DNA of 64,000 nt, from the NCBI GenBank assembly GCA_963771175.1, contig CAVYSY010000001.1, forward strand, positions 64,001 to 128,000, written 5' to 3'. This DNA is from an uncultured delta proteobacterium. Its GTDB lineage: Bacteria; Myxococcota; Myxococcia; Myxococcales; Myxococcaceae. The notes below the pieces were generated by a model. The model did no database searches. It was not told where the DNA came from and was given only the letters and a program-made list of their open reading frames with translations. Shown here one piece after another: positions 31,998 to 42,700 of the stretch. The position numbers and the translations under genes were made by a program. How positions within the stretch are numbered: position 1 is the first letter of the stretch; each line of letters begins with the position of its first letter.

Positions 31998-32128
31998 GGC
32001 GACCGCGGATTCTCCCGGAGGGGCGGAAAAATGGGGGGAAAAATCCGGTGTATGCCTCCCCCGGGGTTCATGCGTCCTCTCCTGTGGAAACCGGGCAACG
32101 AGGTCCAATCTTGAAGGGCACCGCCGTC

Positions 32129-32662
32129 ATGGACGAGACGCCGATGGGAGCGAGGGGCACTCCCCTCGACTTCGACGTGCTCGTGGAGAGCGAGCAGGCC
32201 GCTCTCCTGCGCCTGGCGCGGCGGCTCGTCTGGGACGGGGAGGAGGCGAGGGACCTCGTCCAGGCCTCCCTGGCGGATGCCTACGAGAAGCGCCACACCC
32301 TCCGGGACTCCAAGGCGGGCCCGGCCTGGCTGCGGCGCATCCTCGTCTCGCGTGCCATTGGCCACCTGCGCCGACGCCGGGTGTGGAACGTCGTCCGGGA
32401 GGTGCTGGACCTCGGACCTGACTCGCACCCCTCGCCCGAGGAGCGCTTCGCCGGTGTCGAGCGCTGGCGCGCCTTCGGCCGGGCCCTGAGGACCCTTCCG
32501 GTCCAGCAGGCCACGGCCTTCTCCCTCCGCTACCTGGAGGGGCTCGAGCTCGATGCCATCGCCGATGCCATGAACATCGGCCGCGGCACCGTCCGCATCC
32601 ACCTCTACCGTGCGCTGCAGAAGCTCAAGGCCGCTGACGCGCTTCGAGGAGACACCCCATGA
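32129..32662 (+). CDS. ECF RNA polymerase sigma factor
   Basis: Region 2 (EARDLVQ...AWLRRI) and region 4 (LP...AFSLRYLEGL...IA..M...GTV..HLYRA). Confidence 0.88.
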   Translation: MDETPMGARGTPLDFDVLVESEQAALLRLARRLVWDGEEARDLVQASLADAYEKRHTLRDSKAGPAWLRRILVSRAIGHLRRRRVWNVVREVLDLGPDSHPSPEERFAGVERWRAFGRALRTLPVQQATAFSLRYLEGLELDAIADAMNIGRGTVRIHLYRALQKLKAADALRGDTP

Positions 32663-33234
32663 GCTGCCAGGACTTCGCCGCGGCCCTCGTGGACGAGCGC
32701 CTGCCCCGGCCTCCGGGCCTCCAGGCCCACCTGGAGCAGTGCGCCGAGTGCCGGGTGCTCGCCCGCCTCCATGCGTCCGCCAGTTCGCTGCGCCTGCCCG
32801 ATCCGCCGGAGCCGGCCGCCATTCCTCGCGAGGCCATCCTCGGAGAGGTGCGCCGCCGCCAGCACCGCCGCCGGGTGGCCGCCAGCGTCACCGCCTCCGC
32901 CGCCGCGGTCGCCCTGGTGCTGCTCGTCTCGCCGAGCGTGAGGATGCCGGTATCCGTCGAGTCCACACCGGTGATGGGCGGCCCCCTCGAGGGCTCCCTG
33001 CGAGTCGAGCAGCCCAGTCAGGCAGCGCCGGCCGAGCAGGGGGAGGTCGCCTCCATCGGACTGCTGTTCGACGAGGTGCACGGCTACACGCGCACCAATC
33101 CGAGCGTCGAGGACGCGATGTACGAGCCCTTCGGCGCGCTCGCCGCGTGGGTGCGCCCGCCGGACGCCACGGCGCTCGAAGCGGAGCCCTTCCAGTCGGC
33201 CCTCGTGGCCTTCCATGTCTCGAAGTCGCAGTGA
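32659..33234 (+). CDS. Zinc-finger (ZAS) transmembrane anti-sigma factor
   Basis: MSC...HLEQCAEC (HxxxCxxC), RRR then TM helix; ATGA overlap with the sigma gene. Confidence 0.78.
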   Translation: MSCQDFAAALVDERLPRPPGLQAHLEQCAECRVLARLHASASSLRLPDPPEPAAIPREAILGEVRRRQHRRRVAASVTASAAAVALVLLVSPSVRMPVSVESTPVMGGPLEGSLRVEQPSQAAPAEQGEVASIGLLFDEVHGYTRTNPSVEDAMYEPFGALAAWVRPPDATALEAEPFQSALVAFHVSKSQ

Positions 33235-33268
33235 TTCGAAGTGAAGCAGTAATGAAAGGAGCCATCCC

Positions 33269-33834
33269 ATGATGAAGAAGCTGATGTGCGCTCTCGTGGT
33301 CCTCGCCGCCGTGCCCGCGCTCGCCCAGGACAAGCAGGAGGAGAACGTGGTGATCCTCCGTGGCACGCCGGGCACGCCCCCGATGCCGCCGACTGCCGCC
33401 GATGCCTCCCGAGCCGCCCCTGGCTCCGCCGTCCTTCGGGATTCCTCCGCAGGTGGCCGCGAAGATCGGCCTGCCGCAGAACCTCGTGCAGAAGGTCCAG
33501 GATCTGACCTTCGAGGCCAATGAGGCGCTGATCGGCCTGGAGGCGGACCTCAAGCGGGCCCAGCTCGCGCTGGAGAAGGAGCTGCGCCAGCCGAGCCCCA
33601 ACGAGGGCACGGTGAAGGACCTGGTGGAGAAGACGGGCCGCGCGGAGACGGCGGTGCGCCAGAACCGGGTGGGACTGATGGTGGCCATCAAGAAGGCACT
33701 GGGCCCCGACTACTGGGCGAAGCTGGAGGCGGAGCTGGGCCCCATGCCCATGGGCGCTGGCCCGCCAGCGGATCCGCATCGAGCGGCGCCTCGTGGCCCC
33801 CAACGCGCCCGGCCAGGTGCCCCCCTCTCCGTAG
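33269..33834 (+). CDS. Periplasmic Spy/CpxP/ZraP-like (heavy-metal sensor) protein, frameshifted
   Basis: Signal peptide MMKKLMCAL...PALA-QD; KIGL..QKVQDL...LEKEL..PN..V...IKKALGP helical pattern. End is 33834 or 33896 depending on a second indel. Confidence 0.65.
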
Positions 33835-33904
33835 CGCCAAGGAGCCCACACTCCGCGCCGCCGTCCCCTCCCATCGCCCTGACCGAGTGGCCATAGTGCC
33901 GGGC

Positions 33905-35372
33905 ATGGAAGCGGACAAGAAGCACCAGTTGGAGGCGGATGCGGCCCAGCTCCAGCGGCTGGGGTACGCGCAGCAGCTCCTGCGCGACATGGGCGGCTTC
34001 TCCAACTTCGCCGTCTCCTTCTCCATCATCTCCATCCTCACCGGAGCGGTGACGCTCTATGGCCATGGCCTGCGCTTCGGCGGGCCGTTCGTCATGGGGA
34101 TCGGGTGGCCGCTGGTGGCGGGGATGACGCTGATGGTGGCGGCGAGCCTCGCGCAGCTCGCCTCCTCGTTTCCCACGGCGGGGGCGCTCTACCACTGGGC
34201 CGCCATGCTCGGGGGCCCGGGGCTGGGCTTCTTCACCGCGTGGTTCAACACCATCGGCCAGTTCGCCATCACCGCGGGCATCGACTACGGGCTGGCGGAG
34301 TTCGTCGCGGACATGCTCGGGTGGCCGAGGGAGCGGGGCTACGTGCTGCCGCTCTACGCGGCCATCCTGCTGTCGCACGCCGTGCTCAACCACGTCGGCG
34401 TGCGCGTGGTGGCGGTGCTCAACGACCTGTCGGCCTGGTACCACCTGGTGGGCGTGGCCGTGCTCATCGGCGCGCTGGTGGCCTTCGCGCCCAAGCAGGA
34501 CGCCGCCTTCCTCCTCACGCGCTTCTCCTCGGAGAGCCACTTCGCCACCCGCGGCTACGGCTACGTCTTCCTCATCGGCCTCTTGCAGGCGCAGTGGACG
34601 TTCACCGGCTACGACGCCAGCGCCCACATCTCCGAGGAGACGGTGGACCCCACGCGCAACGCGCCCTGGGGCATCTTCCTGTCCGTGGCGGTGAGCGCGG
34701 TGGTGGGCTACGCGCTGCTGGTGGGGGTGACGCTGGCCATCAAGGACCTGCCGGCCGCCACCGCCGCGGCCAATCCCTTCCTGTACGTGCTGCGCGAGTC
34801 ACTCGGGCCGGCGCTGGGCGGGGCGCTGGTGTGGATCGCCATCGGCGCCATGTGGTTCTGCGGGCTGGCCTCGGTGACGTCCAACTCGCGCATGCTCTTC
34901 GCGTTCGCGCGGGACGGGGGGCTGCCGGCCTCATCGCTGCTGGCGCGGGTGTCGCCGCGCTACCGCAGCCCGCACGTGGCCATCTGGGTGTCGGTAGTGG
35001 CGGCCTTCCTGGTGGCCATCTGGACCGGGGCCTACGCGGCCATGGTGGCGCTCAGCACGCTGGCCCTCTATGCCTCATACGCGCTGCCCGTGCTGGTGGG
35101 CTGGCGCGCGCGGCGCAGCGGGACGTGGTCGCACCAGGGGCCGTGGGACCTGGGGCGCCTGTCCACGCCGGTGAACCTGGTGGCGCTCGGCTGGGTGCGG
35201 GGTGGTGATGGTGCTCTTCGTCCTGCCTCCTAACGAGCTGGCCGGGTATACGTTCGCCGGGGCCCTCGTGCTGCTGACTGTCTACTGGGTGGCAATTCAG
35301 CGGCACACCTTCGTGGGCCCGAAGGTGACGCTGCGCGCGCCGGCACCGGTCCAGGCGGGTTCCGGGAAATGA
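33905..35372 (+). CDS. APC family amino acid/polyamine permease (frameshift near 35195)
   Basis: LGY.Q.L.R, FSNFAVSFSIIS, PTAGALYHW, WTFTGYDASAHISEET, SRM.FAFARDG. Confidence 0.92.
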
Positions 35373-35435
35373 GTCCGTGTGCGATCGGGTAGAACCCGGA
35401 GAGAGTCCTCTTCTTCCGAATCGGAGCCGTCCTTT

Positions 35436-36044
35436 ATGAGCAAGCGTCCACAGTCCGAGTCCTCCGAGCTGGTTGCCGCGGCGACGGCCATCGAGGAGGA
35501 GCTGGGCAAGTTCGAGACCCTGGCGGAGGAGGTCCGCAGTGGCCCGCTCCGCTCGCAGAAGCAACTGGAGAAGATGGGCAAGCTGCTCAACCAGGTGGCG
35601 GACTGCGACGAGCGGATGGTGGCGAACATGCGCTTGCTGCTCGGGGTGCTCAACAAGTGGAGGGACCGGCAGCAGACGCTGGCGACCGAGGTGAACAGCC
35701 GGGCGCAGGAGCTGCAAGAGCGCACGAAGGTGTACCAGGAGCTGATGCAGCGCTTCGGGGGGCTGGGGCAGGAGGCGGGGGCGCTCAGCACGCAGATGCA
35801 GGAGGTGGCCGGGATGACGCAGCAGGGCCAGCCGCTGAAGGCGGAGGAGATCATCTCCTCGCTGCAGCAGGTGAACGAGCGGATGACGCAGGTGGCGGAG
35901 CACGCCGGGAAGCTGGCGAGCGACGCGGAGGCGCACGACTTCCTGGACGTGTCGCGCGACGCCGAGTCCCTGAAGCAGCAGCTCCTGGCGGCGCGCAACC
36001 GGGCGAACCTGCTGCAGCAGAAGCTGCACCCGGCCAACGCCTGA
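35436..36044 (+). CDS. Hypothetical coiled-coil protein
   Basis: Clean GC3-biased ORF, Q/E/L-rich heptads, no catalytic motif. Confidence 0.7.
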   Translation: MSKRPQSESSELVAAATAIEEELGKFETLAEEVRSGPLRSQKQLEKMGKLLNQVADCDERMVANMRLLLGVLNKWRDRQQTLATEVNSRAQELQERTKVYQELMQRFGGLGQEAGALSTQMQEVAGMTQQGQPLKAEEIISSLQQVNERMTQVAEHAGKLASDAEAHDFLDVSRDAESLKQQLLAARNRANLLQQKLHPANA

Positions 36045-36110
36045 GCCCCCAGGGGGCGGGCGGTCGGGGCCAAGAAGGCGTAGGGCCCCGAGGGGCGGGG
36101 GAGGGGACGC

Positions 36111-36548
36111 TCAGGCGGACCGGGGGAGCTTCGTCCGGCTCATCTCGAGGACGCGCTTGAAGTGCTCGCCGGAGACGGGGGCCACGCTCAGCCGGCTCCG
36201 GGTGATGAGGGGGAAGTCCTTCAGCTCGTGGGTGGCCTTGATGGTGGCGAGCGTCACCGGCTCCTGGACGGCCACCAGGGGGCCCATGTCCGCCGAGGCC
36301 CAGTCCTCACCGGGCGCGGTGGGGTCCGAGCCCGGCTCGGTGAGCACGCGGGCCACGCCCACCACCGCCTTGCCCTCGTTCGAGTGGTAGTAGAGACACA
36401 GGTCCCCCGGCTTCATCGCCCGGATGTTGTTGCGAGCCTCGAAGCTGCGCACGCCCGTCCACTCCGTCCTGCCGTCCTTCACCAACTGCTCGTAGGGGTA
36501 GACGGAGGGCTCGCTCTTGATCAGCCAGTATTGGGGTTTCTTCGCCAT
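36111..36548 (-). CDS. EVE domain protein
   Basis: YWLIKSEP, WTGVRSFEARN, GD..LYYHS, RLSVAPV. Confidence 0.9.
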   Translation of the reverse strand: MAKKPQYWLIKSEPSVYPYEQLVKDGRTEWTGVRSFEARNNIRAMKPGDLCLYYHSNEGKAVVGVARVLTEPGSDPTAPGEDWASADMGPLVAVQEPVTLATIKATHELKDFPLITRSRLSVAPVSGEHFKRVLEMSRTKLPRSA

Positions 36549-36575
36549 GGCGCGCGCATGGTAGAGAGCAAGCCC

Positions 36576-38072
36576 ATGGCCATCCAGGGATATGACGAGC
36601 TCGACGCCACCGCCCTCGCCGAGCGGGTGAGCAAGAAGGAGGTCCACCCGACCGAGCTGGTCGAGGAGGCCATCTCACGCATCGAGGCCCTCAACCCGAA
36701 GCTCAACGCCGTGGTCCACAAGATGTACGACCAGGCGCGCAAGGCCGCCGCGGGAGCGCTGCCCGAGGGGCCGTTCTCCGGGGTGCCCTTCCTGGTGAAG
36801 GACCTCGACGGCTATCTGGCGGGCGAGCCCTACGCGGGCGGGTGCCGGGCGCTGGTGGGCTTCATCCCCGACCATGACTCGGCGCTCCTCGCGCGCCAGC
36901 GTCGCACGGGCGTCATCATCGTCGGCAAGACGAACACGCCCGAGCTGGGAATCCTCGGCGTCACCGAGCCGGCGCTGCGCGGACCGACGCGCAACCCCTG
37001 GAACCCGGAGCACACGCCGGGAGGCTCCAGCGGAGGCTCGGCGGCGTGCGTGGCGGCGCGGGTGGTGCCCATGGCCCACGGCGGTGACGGCGGCGGCTCC
37101 ATCCGCATCCCCGCGTCCGCCTGCGGCCTCTTCGGGATCAAGCCGACCCGCGCGCGCAACCCCGTGGGCCCGGACGTCGGTGAAGGGTGGGGTGGCTTCG
37201 TCCAGCAGCACGTGCTGACCCGCAGCGTGCGCGACAGCGCCGCGATGCTCGATGCGACGCAGGGACCGGAGTCCGGTGCTCCGTACATGGTGGTGCCTCC
37301 CGCCCGGCCCTACCTCCAGGAGGTGGGCACTCCGCCCGGACGACTCCGCATCGCCTTCTCCACCGGCTCGCTGTTCGGCAAGCACGTCCACCCGGACTGC
37401 GTGGAGGCGGTCCGGGACGCGGCGAAGCTCTGCGAGGAGCTGGGACACGAGGTCGTCGAGGACGCGCCGCGGTTTGACCGCGAGGAGCTGGTGCGCGCGT
37501 ACCTGGTGACCGTCGCGGCCAACGTGGCGGTGCAGATGAAGGAGATAGCCCAGCTCATGGGCAAGCCCGTGGGAGCGACCGACGTCGAGCCGTCGACCTG
37601 GGCGCTCGCGCAGATTGGCCATATGCTCTCCGCGGTGGACATGCAGGAGGCGCGGGACTCCAACCTCCGGACGAGCCGGCTGATGGCGACCTTCCACGAG
37701 CGCTATGACCTGTTCCTCGACGCGACGCTCGCCTATCCACCGGTGCGTGTTGGCGAGCTGGCGCTCAAGCCGGCCGAGCTCGCCGCGCTGACGGTCCTGC
37801 GCAAGCTTCCGCTGAGGCCTGTCGTCATGAAGCTGTTCGACCAACTCGCGGCCAACAGCCTGGAGCGGACGCCGAACACCCAGCTCTTCAACCAGTCGGG
37901 ACAGCCGGCGATGTCGGTGCCGCTCTACTGGAACGCCGCCGGACTGCCCATCGGGGTGCAGTTCGCCGCGCGCTTCGGAGACGAGGCCACGCTGTTCCGG
38001 CTCGCGGCGCAGCTGGAGCAGGCCCGCCCGTGGGTGGGGCGCAAGCCTCGGGTCTCAGGGCGGGGCGAGTAG
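36576..38072 (+). CDS. Amidase (amidase-signature family)
   Basis: GVPFLVKD, GKTNTPE, GGSSGGS, DGGGSIRIPA, GLPIGVQ. Confidence 0.93.
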   Translation: MAIQGYDELDATALAERVSKKEVHPTELVEEAISRIEALNPKLNAVVHKMYDQARKAAAGALPEGPFSGVPFLVKDLDGYLAGEPYAGGCRALVGFIPDHDSALLARQRRTGVIIVGKTNTPELGILGVTEPALRGPTRNPWNPEHTPGGSSGGSAACVAARVVPMAHGGDGGGSIRIPASACGLFGIKPTRARNPVGPDVGEGWGGFVQQHVLTRSVRDSAAMLDATQGPESGAPYMVVPPARPYLQEVGTPPGRLRIAFSTGSLFGKHVHPDCVEAVRDAAKLCEELGHEVVEDAPRFDREELVRAYLVTVAANVAVQMKEIAQLMGKPVGATDVEPSTWALAQIGHMLSAVDMQEARDSNLRTSRLMATFHERYDLFLDATLAYPPVRVGELALKPAELAALTVLRKLPLRPVVMKLFDQLAANSLERTPNTQLFNQSGQPAMSVPLYWNAAGLPIGVQFAARFGDEATLFRLAAQLEQARPWVGRKPRVSGRGE

Positions 38073-38148
38073 CCCACGAGCCGGCTCGAAGGGATGCCTC
38101 CGCCCGCCCCGGACCTGGGAGCGAGCGGAGCCTCACGTCACGCGGGGA

Positions 38149-38349
38149 CTAGCGGAAGCAGACGCAGCGGCCGAACTCACAGACGACGGCGTCCGGCTCG
38201 CCACACACCTTCATGCTGTCGCAGTGGTAGTCCTGGACACACTCGGCGGCCTGCGCCTCCGCCGGGGTGAAGGCCACGGCAAGGCCCAGGCCCAGGCCCA
38301 GGCCCAGAGCCAGCGCGGTCACAGTCAGGATGCTCTTCGCCTTCTTCAT
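38149..38349 (-). CDS. Small secreted six-cysteine peptide (defensin/NCR-like), 66 aa
   Basis: Purine-rich SD (GGGAGAGAG) before ATG; signal peptide MKKAKSILTV...AEAQA; mature AECVQDYHCDSMKVCGEPDAVVCEFGRCVCFR. Confidence 0.75.
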   Translation of the reverse strand: MKKAKSILTVTALALGLGLGLGLAVAFTPAEAQAAECVQDYHCDSMKVCGEPDAVVCEFGRCVCFR

Positions 38350-38413
38350 GGTCTCTCTCCCAAGGGTTGTGAGGTCGGCCCACCCGCGAATACGCGAAGG
38401 GGAAGGTCCAATC

Positions 38414-38430
38414 CTAGCAAAACAAGCTAG
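38414..38430. promoter_or_regulatory. Palindromic operator candidate in AT-rich divergent region
   Basis: CTAGC-AAAACAA-GCTAG upstream of the peptide gene. Confidence 0.4.
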
Positions 38431-38577
38431 TGTGTTGAAGCGTGGATAAGCAGAAAATCGCACGGGCCTGGACCGCGCCGTCGGGAATGGACCGAAGCGG
38501 CTGCTGCCCGGGGTTGGAAGGTCAGCGCGACTCGCCCTGAGGTAGGCGCTGTCTCCGCGACGAGAGAGGAAGAGGAG

Positions 38578-39636
38578 ATGCACCCCCACGTGAGCTTCAC
38601 CCCGGATGACACGGATTGGCGTCTGCCGCTTGCGGGCCCGGGTCTGTTGCTCGACGTGCCGAGCGCGGGCCGCTGGAGCGGGCGGCCGTCCCTTCATGTG
38701 GAGGTCGCACCGTACTACCGATTGCGCGTGAGCAGTGGAGGCCAGCCGCTGCTCTGGTTGCGCATCGACGACTGGTGGGATGGGTGTGGTCTGCTCCGGG
38801 GAACCGTCAGTACCCCCTGGGGCTTCTCCCCTCTCTCGGCAGTCGAGGTGCGCGCCATCGTGCACGCGCCCGGGTCCTCCCGCTGGTGGGAAGCCTGGAC
38901 GTGGCACATGGCGAGGGAGCTCGCCCAGGCCACGCACCCGGTGCTTCACGCGGGCCGCTGGTGCCTGCGGCCCCTCCGTCCCGTGACGCTTCGTGAATCG
39001 GCTTCCTACCGCAGCGTCCCCCGGGCCCGGCCTGGCAGCTCGCCCGATCCTCCTCATGGGCTCGAGCGGCTCCTGCGCGTGGAGCGCTTCTGGACGGAGG
39101 AGTGGGCCGGAGGTGGCATCCCGGCGGGCGTGAAGGTGAACAGCGGGGCCGTGCTGCCTCTGCGCGCTCCGTCACCCGAGGACGATGGCCGAGTCAAGAG
39201 CTGGCGCAAGCATGCGCGCGAGGGGACATTGCCTCCGGCGGTGCTGCTCTACGTGGAACTCGTCGGGAAGTGGCTGGTGCTCGACGGGCACGACCGCCTG
39301 CACGCGGCCCTGCTCGAAGGAGTCTCTCCCCCCGTGCTGGGTCTCTGGCCCGTCTTCGAGGAGCCCATCCCCGAGGAACCCTTCCGGCGCGAGGGGATGT
39401 GGCTCGCGGCGGAGGCGCAATTGCGCAACCGGAAGACACCGGAAGGCATCGACGGAGCCAACCGGACGCTGCTGCGCGAGTACATGGGCGTCCAGCGCAC
39501 CGCCGTGACGCGGGCCTGGCCCGTGCGAGGGGGCCTCGATGCCTGGCGGGCCGAGGTGCTCGCCTGGCGACGGTGGAGCCCCTTCCCGGTGGATGAGCGG
39601 GCCTGGGACTGGTTCGCCCACGCCGAACTGTATTGA
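38578..39636 (+). CDS. Trp-rich hypothetical protein with ParB/Srx-like motif
   Basis: GAGGAG SD; LPPAVLL...WLVLDGHDRLHAALLEG resembles the ParB-N GxxR motif. Confidence 0.6.
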   Translation: MHPHVSFTPDDTDWRLPLAGPGLLLDVPSAGRWSGRPSLHVEVAPYYRLRVSSGGQPLLWLRIDDWWDGCGLLRGTVSTPWGFSPLSAVEVRAIVHAPGSSRWWEAWTWHMARELAQATHPVLHAGRWCLRPLRPVTLRESASYRSVPRARPGSSPDPPHGLERLLRVERFWTEEWAGGGIPAGVKVNSGAVLPLRAPSPEDDGRVKSWRKHAREGTLPPAVLLYVELVGKWLVLDGHDRLHAALLEGVSPPVLGLWPVFEEPIPEEPFRREGMWLAAEAQLRNRKTPEGIDGANRTLLREYMGVQRTAVTRAWPVRGGLDAWRAEVLAWRRWSPFPVDERAWDWFAHAELY

Positions 39637-39760
39637 GAGCACTCCAACGCGGGTCTGCATTTCCTCGGGCACACGCCGAGCGGGTACGCTCACCCCGGAG
39701 AGAACTTCTGGCGGGCTCGTTCGTTACCTCGCGACGCCCTTCCTCTCGTAGGGGATTCCC

Positions 39761-42700
39761 GTGCTCGAATACCTCGCGCCACGCACCGTCGTGGCGCTCC
39801 TCGCTCTTGGACTGTCCGTGCCTTTCTCTCTCAACCAGTACGTCCTTGGAGCCAAGGCGGACACCCAGTCTCTCGGCGGGCCGAACCGCTACCAGACCTT
39901 CGTCAGCACCGACAAGCCGCTCTATCGCCCGGGCGAGCAGGTGATGGCGCGCGGCCTGCTGCTCCATGCGAATGACCGCAAGCCGCACCCGGGTGGGGCT
40001 CCGGCGCAGATCGAGATCCGCGGGCCAAAGGGAGACGTGGTCACCTCCGCGATGGTGAACATCCAGGACGCGGTCTGGGGCTACTCGTGGGCCGTGCCCG
40101 CCGAGGCCGCGGGCGGTGAGTACACGCTCAAGGTCTCCTACCCCCGGACGGGAGACGCCCCGGCCGAGCGGAAGTTCGACGTGCGCGCCTACCGGGCGCC
40201 TCGGCTCAAGTCGCAGATCGAGTTCCTGCGCGACGGCTACGGGCCGGGTGACACGGTCACCGCGACGCTCGACGTGAAGCGTGCCGAGGGCGGCGTGCCC
40301 GCGGGCGCGAAGGTCACCGCCACTGCCCTCGTCGACGGTGCCGCCGCGGCGCAGGTGTCGGGCACGGTGAACGAGAAGGGCCTGTGCACGGTCAGCTTCA
40401 AGTTGCCGGCGCGGATCGACCGTGGCGAGGGCTCGCTCGCCTTCGCCATCGAGGACGGCGGTGTGGTGGAGACCGCGGCGAAGACGATCCCCATCCTGCT
40501 GCAGACGCTGGACCTGGCCATGTATCCGGAGGGCGGGGACCTGGTGGCGGGCCTGCTGGGGCGCGTCTACTTCGAGGCGAAGACGCCGGCCCAGAAGCCC
40601 GCGGACCTGGTGGGTGCGGTGGTGGATCAGGCCACGGGCCAGGTGGTGGCCACGGTGCGCTCGGAGCATGAGGGACGCGGCCGCTTCGAGCTGACCCCGA
40701 AGGCCGGGGCGAAGTACGCGTTGCGCATCGACGAGCCGTCGGGCATCCGCAAGACGTTCCCCCTGCCCGAGGTGAAGGCCAAGGGCGCCATCCTGCGCGC
40801 GAGCGAGGACGTGGTGGCGGCGGGCAAGCCCGTCACTCTCTCCGTGGCGCTGTCGGGCGTGAGCAAGGCGAAGCTGACGCTGAGCAAGCGCGAGGTGGAG
40901 GTGGCCTCGGCGCAGGTGGGCGACGGGGGCAGGGTGACGCTCAACCCGAAGGACGCGGACGGAGTGCTCGTCGCCACGGTGTGGGACCACGACGGCCGCC
41001 CGCTCGCGGAGCGGCTGGTGTTCCGCCAGCCCGCCAAGGCGGTGAACATCGAGGTGCGCACGGACAAGAAGAGCTACATCCCGGGCGACACGGTGCAGCT
41101 CACCGCGAAGACGACGCAGGACGGCAAGCCCGTCTCGGCGGTGGTGATGCTCACCGTGACGGATGACGCGGTGCTCGAGCTGATCGAGAAGCGCGACCAG
41201 GCGCCGCAGCTGCCGGTGATGGTGCTGCTGGAGCCCGAGGTGAAGGAGTTGGCCGACGCGCACGTGTACCTGGACGAGAAGAACCCGAAGGCCCGGCTGG
41301 CGGTGGACCTGCTGCTGGGCACCCAGGGCTGGCGGCGGTTCGCGCTCGCCAACGCGGTGAACTTCGTGGCGCAGCACGGCGACCTGGCCCGGCGCGCGCT
41401 CGCGGTCCGTGTCCCGACCGGCTACGGGGAGTTCGAGGGTGGTTTCGCCGCCGATGATGACTTCGGCGGAATGCCCGATGGGGCCCGGCGGCGGTCGATG
41501 CCCAAGAAACCGATGATGGCCCGGGGGGGCGCCGAACCGGAGGACATGCCCGTACCCATGGCCGCGCCTCCGCCGCAGGCCGCGCGCCCGCCGCCAGCTC
41601 CTCAACCCGCGGCGGCCCCGCCTCCGCCTCCTGTCATGCGGCAGCAGCCCGTGGGCAGGGTGGCCGAGGCCAGGCCGGAGCCGATGCCCAATGCCAGCAT
41701 GGCGGGCGCGGTGGCCAGAAGCGATCGGGCTAAACGGGATATGGACCTCTTGCTGGCCAAGGAGGAGGTGGCCGCCATGCCGAGGCTCCAACAGCAGCAG
41801 GTGGTCTACTTCCGCGAGTACGCGCACACGGTGCGGCCGGGCCGCAAGGCGGGCGACCGCGTGGACTTCTCGGAGACGCTCTACTGGAACGCGGGCGTGC
41901 GCACCGACGCGAAGACGGGCGAGGCGAAGGTCTCGTTCGGCCTGAACGACTCGGTGACGAGCTTCAAGGCGTTCGCTGGCGCGGTCGGCAATGACGGGGC
42001 GCTCGGCTCGGCCGTGGCGGAGATTGAGTCGGTGCAGCCGTTCTACGTCGAGCCGAAGATCCCCCTCGAGGTCACCTCGGGCGACGTCATCCAGCTGCCG
42101 GTGGCGCTGGTGAACGGCACCGCGTCGCCGCTCAAGGGAGCGGGACTGAAGCTCGAGCTGAAGGGAGACGTGAGGGTGGGGGCGCTGGGCACGGTGGATC
42201 TGGCGGCGAAGGAGCGCGTCCGGCGCATCGTCGAGCTGAAGATCGGCCAGGAGTCCAAGCCGGTGGATCTGAAGCTGGCGGCGTCCGCGGGCAACTACAT
42301 GGATACGGTGACGCGCACGCTGACGATCAAGCCCAACGGCTTCCCGATCAGCGCCTCGTTCGGCGGGCTGGTGTCGGCTCAGCGGCCGGCTGTGCACACG
42401 GTGACGCTGCCGGCGAACGTGGTGCGCGGCAGCGTGAAGTCGTCGGTCGTGGTGTACCCGACGCCGCTGGCCAACATGACCGAGTCGCTGGCGCGGCTGA
42501 TCCGCGATCCCTACGGCTGCTTCGAGCAGACGAGCTCGACGACGTACCCGCTGACGATGGCGCAGCAGTACTTCCAGTCGCACAGCGGGGTAGACCCGAC
42601 GCTGGTGGCCACGGCGAAGGAGAAGCTGGAGGCGGGCTACAAGCGGCTGGTGGGCTTCGAGACCTCGGAGAGGGGCTACGAGTGGTTCGGAGAGAACCCG

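Noticed and set aside
32085..32110. ECF autoregulatory promoter (GGAAAC...GTCCAA)
   Set aside because: Spacing is too short for typical ECF promoters; not supportable from sequence alone.
36111..36548. EVE domain as part of a modification-dependent restriction system
   Set aside because: Stand-alone EVE with no adjacent nuclease or ATPase; neighbours are an amidase and a coiled-coil protein.
38278..38312. GGCCCA hexamer repeat
   Set aside because: Simply encodes the LGLGLGLG stretch of the signal peptide.
38350..39057. 302-aa ORF upstream extension of the Cys-rich peptide
   Set aside because: Overlaps the + strand gene and promoter; only the last 66 codons have an SD and a signal peptide.
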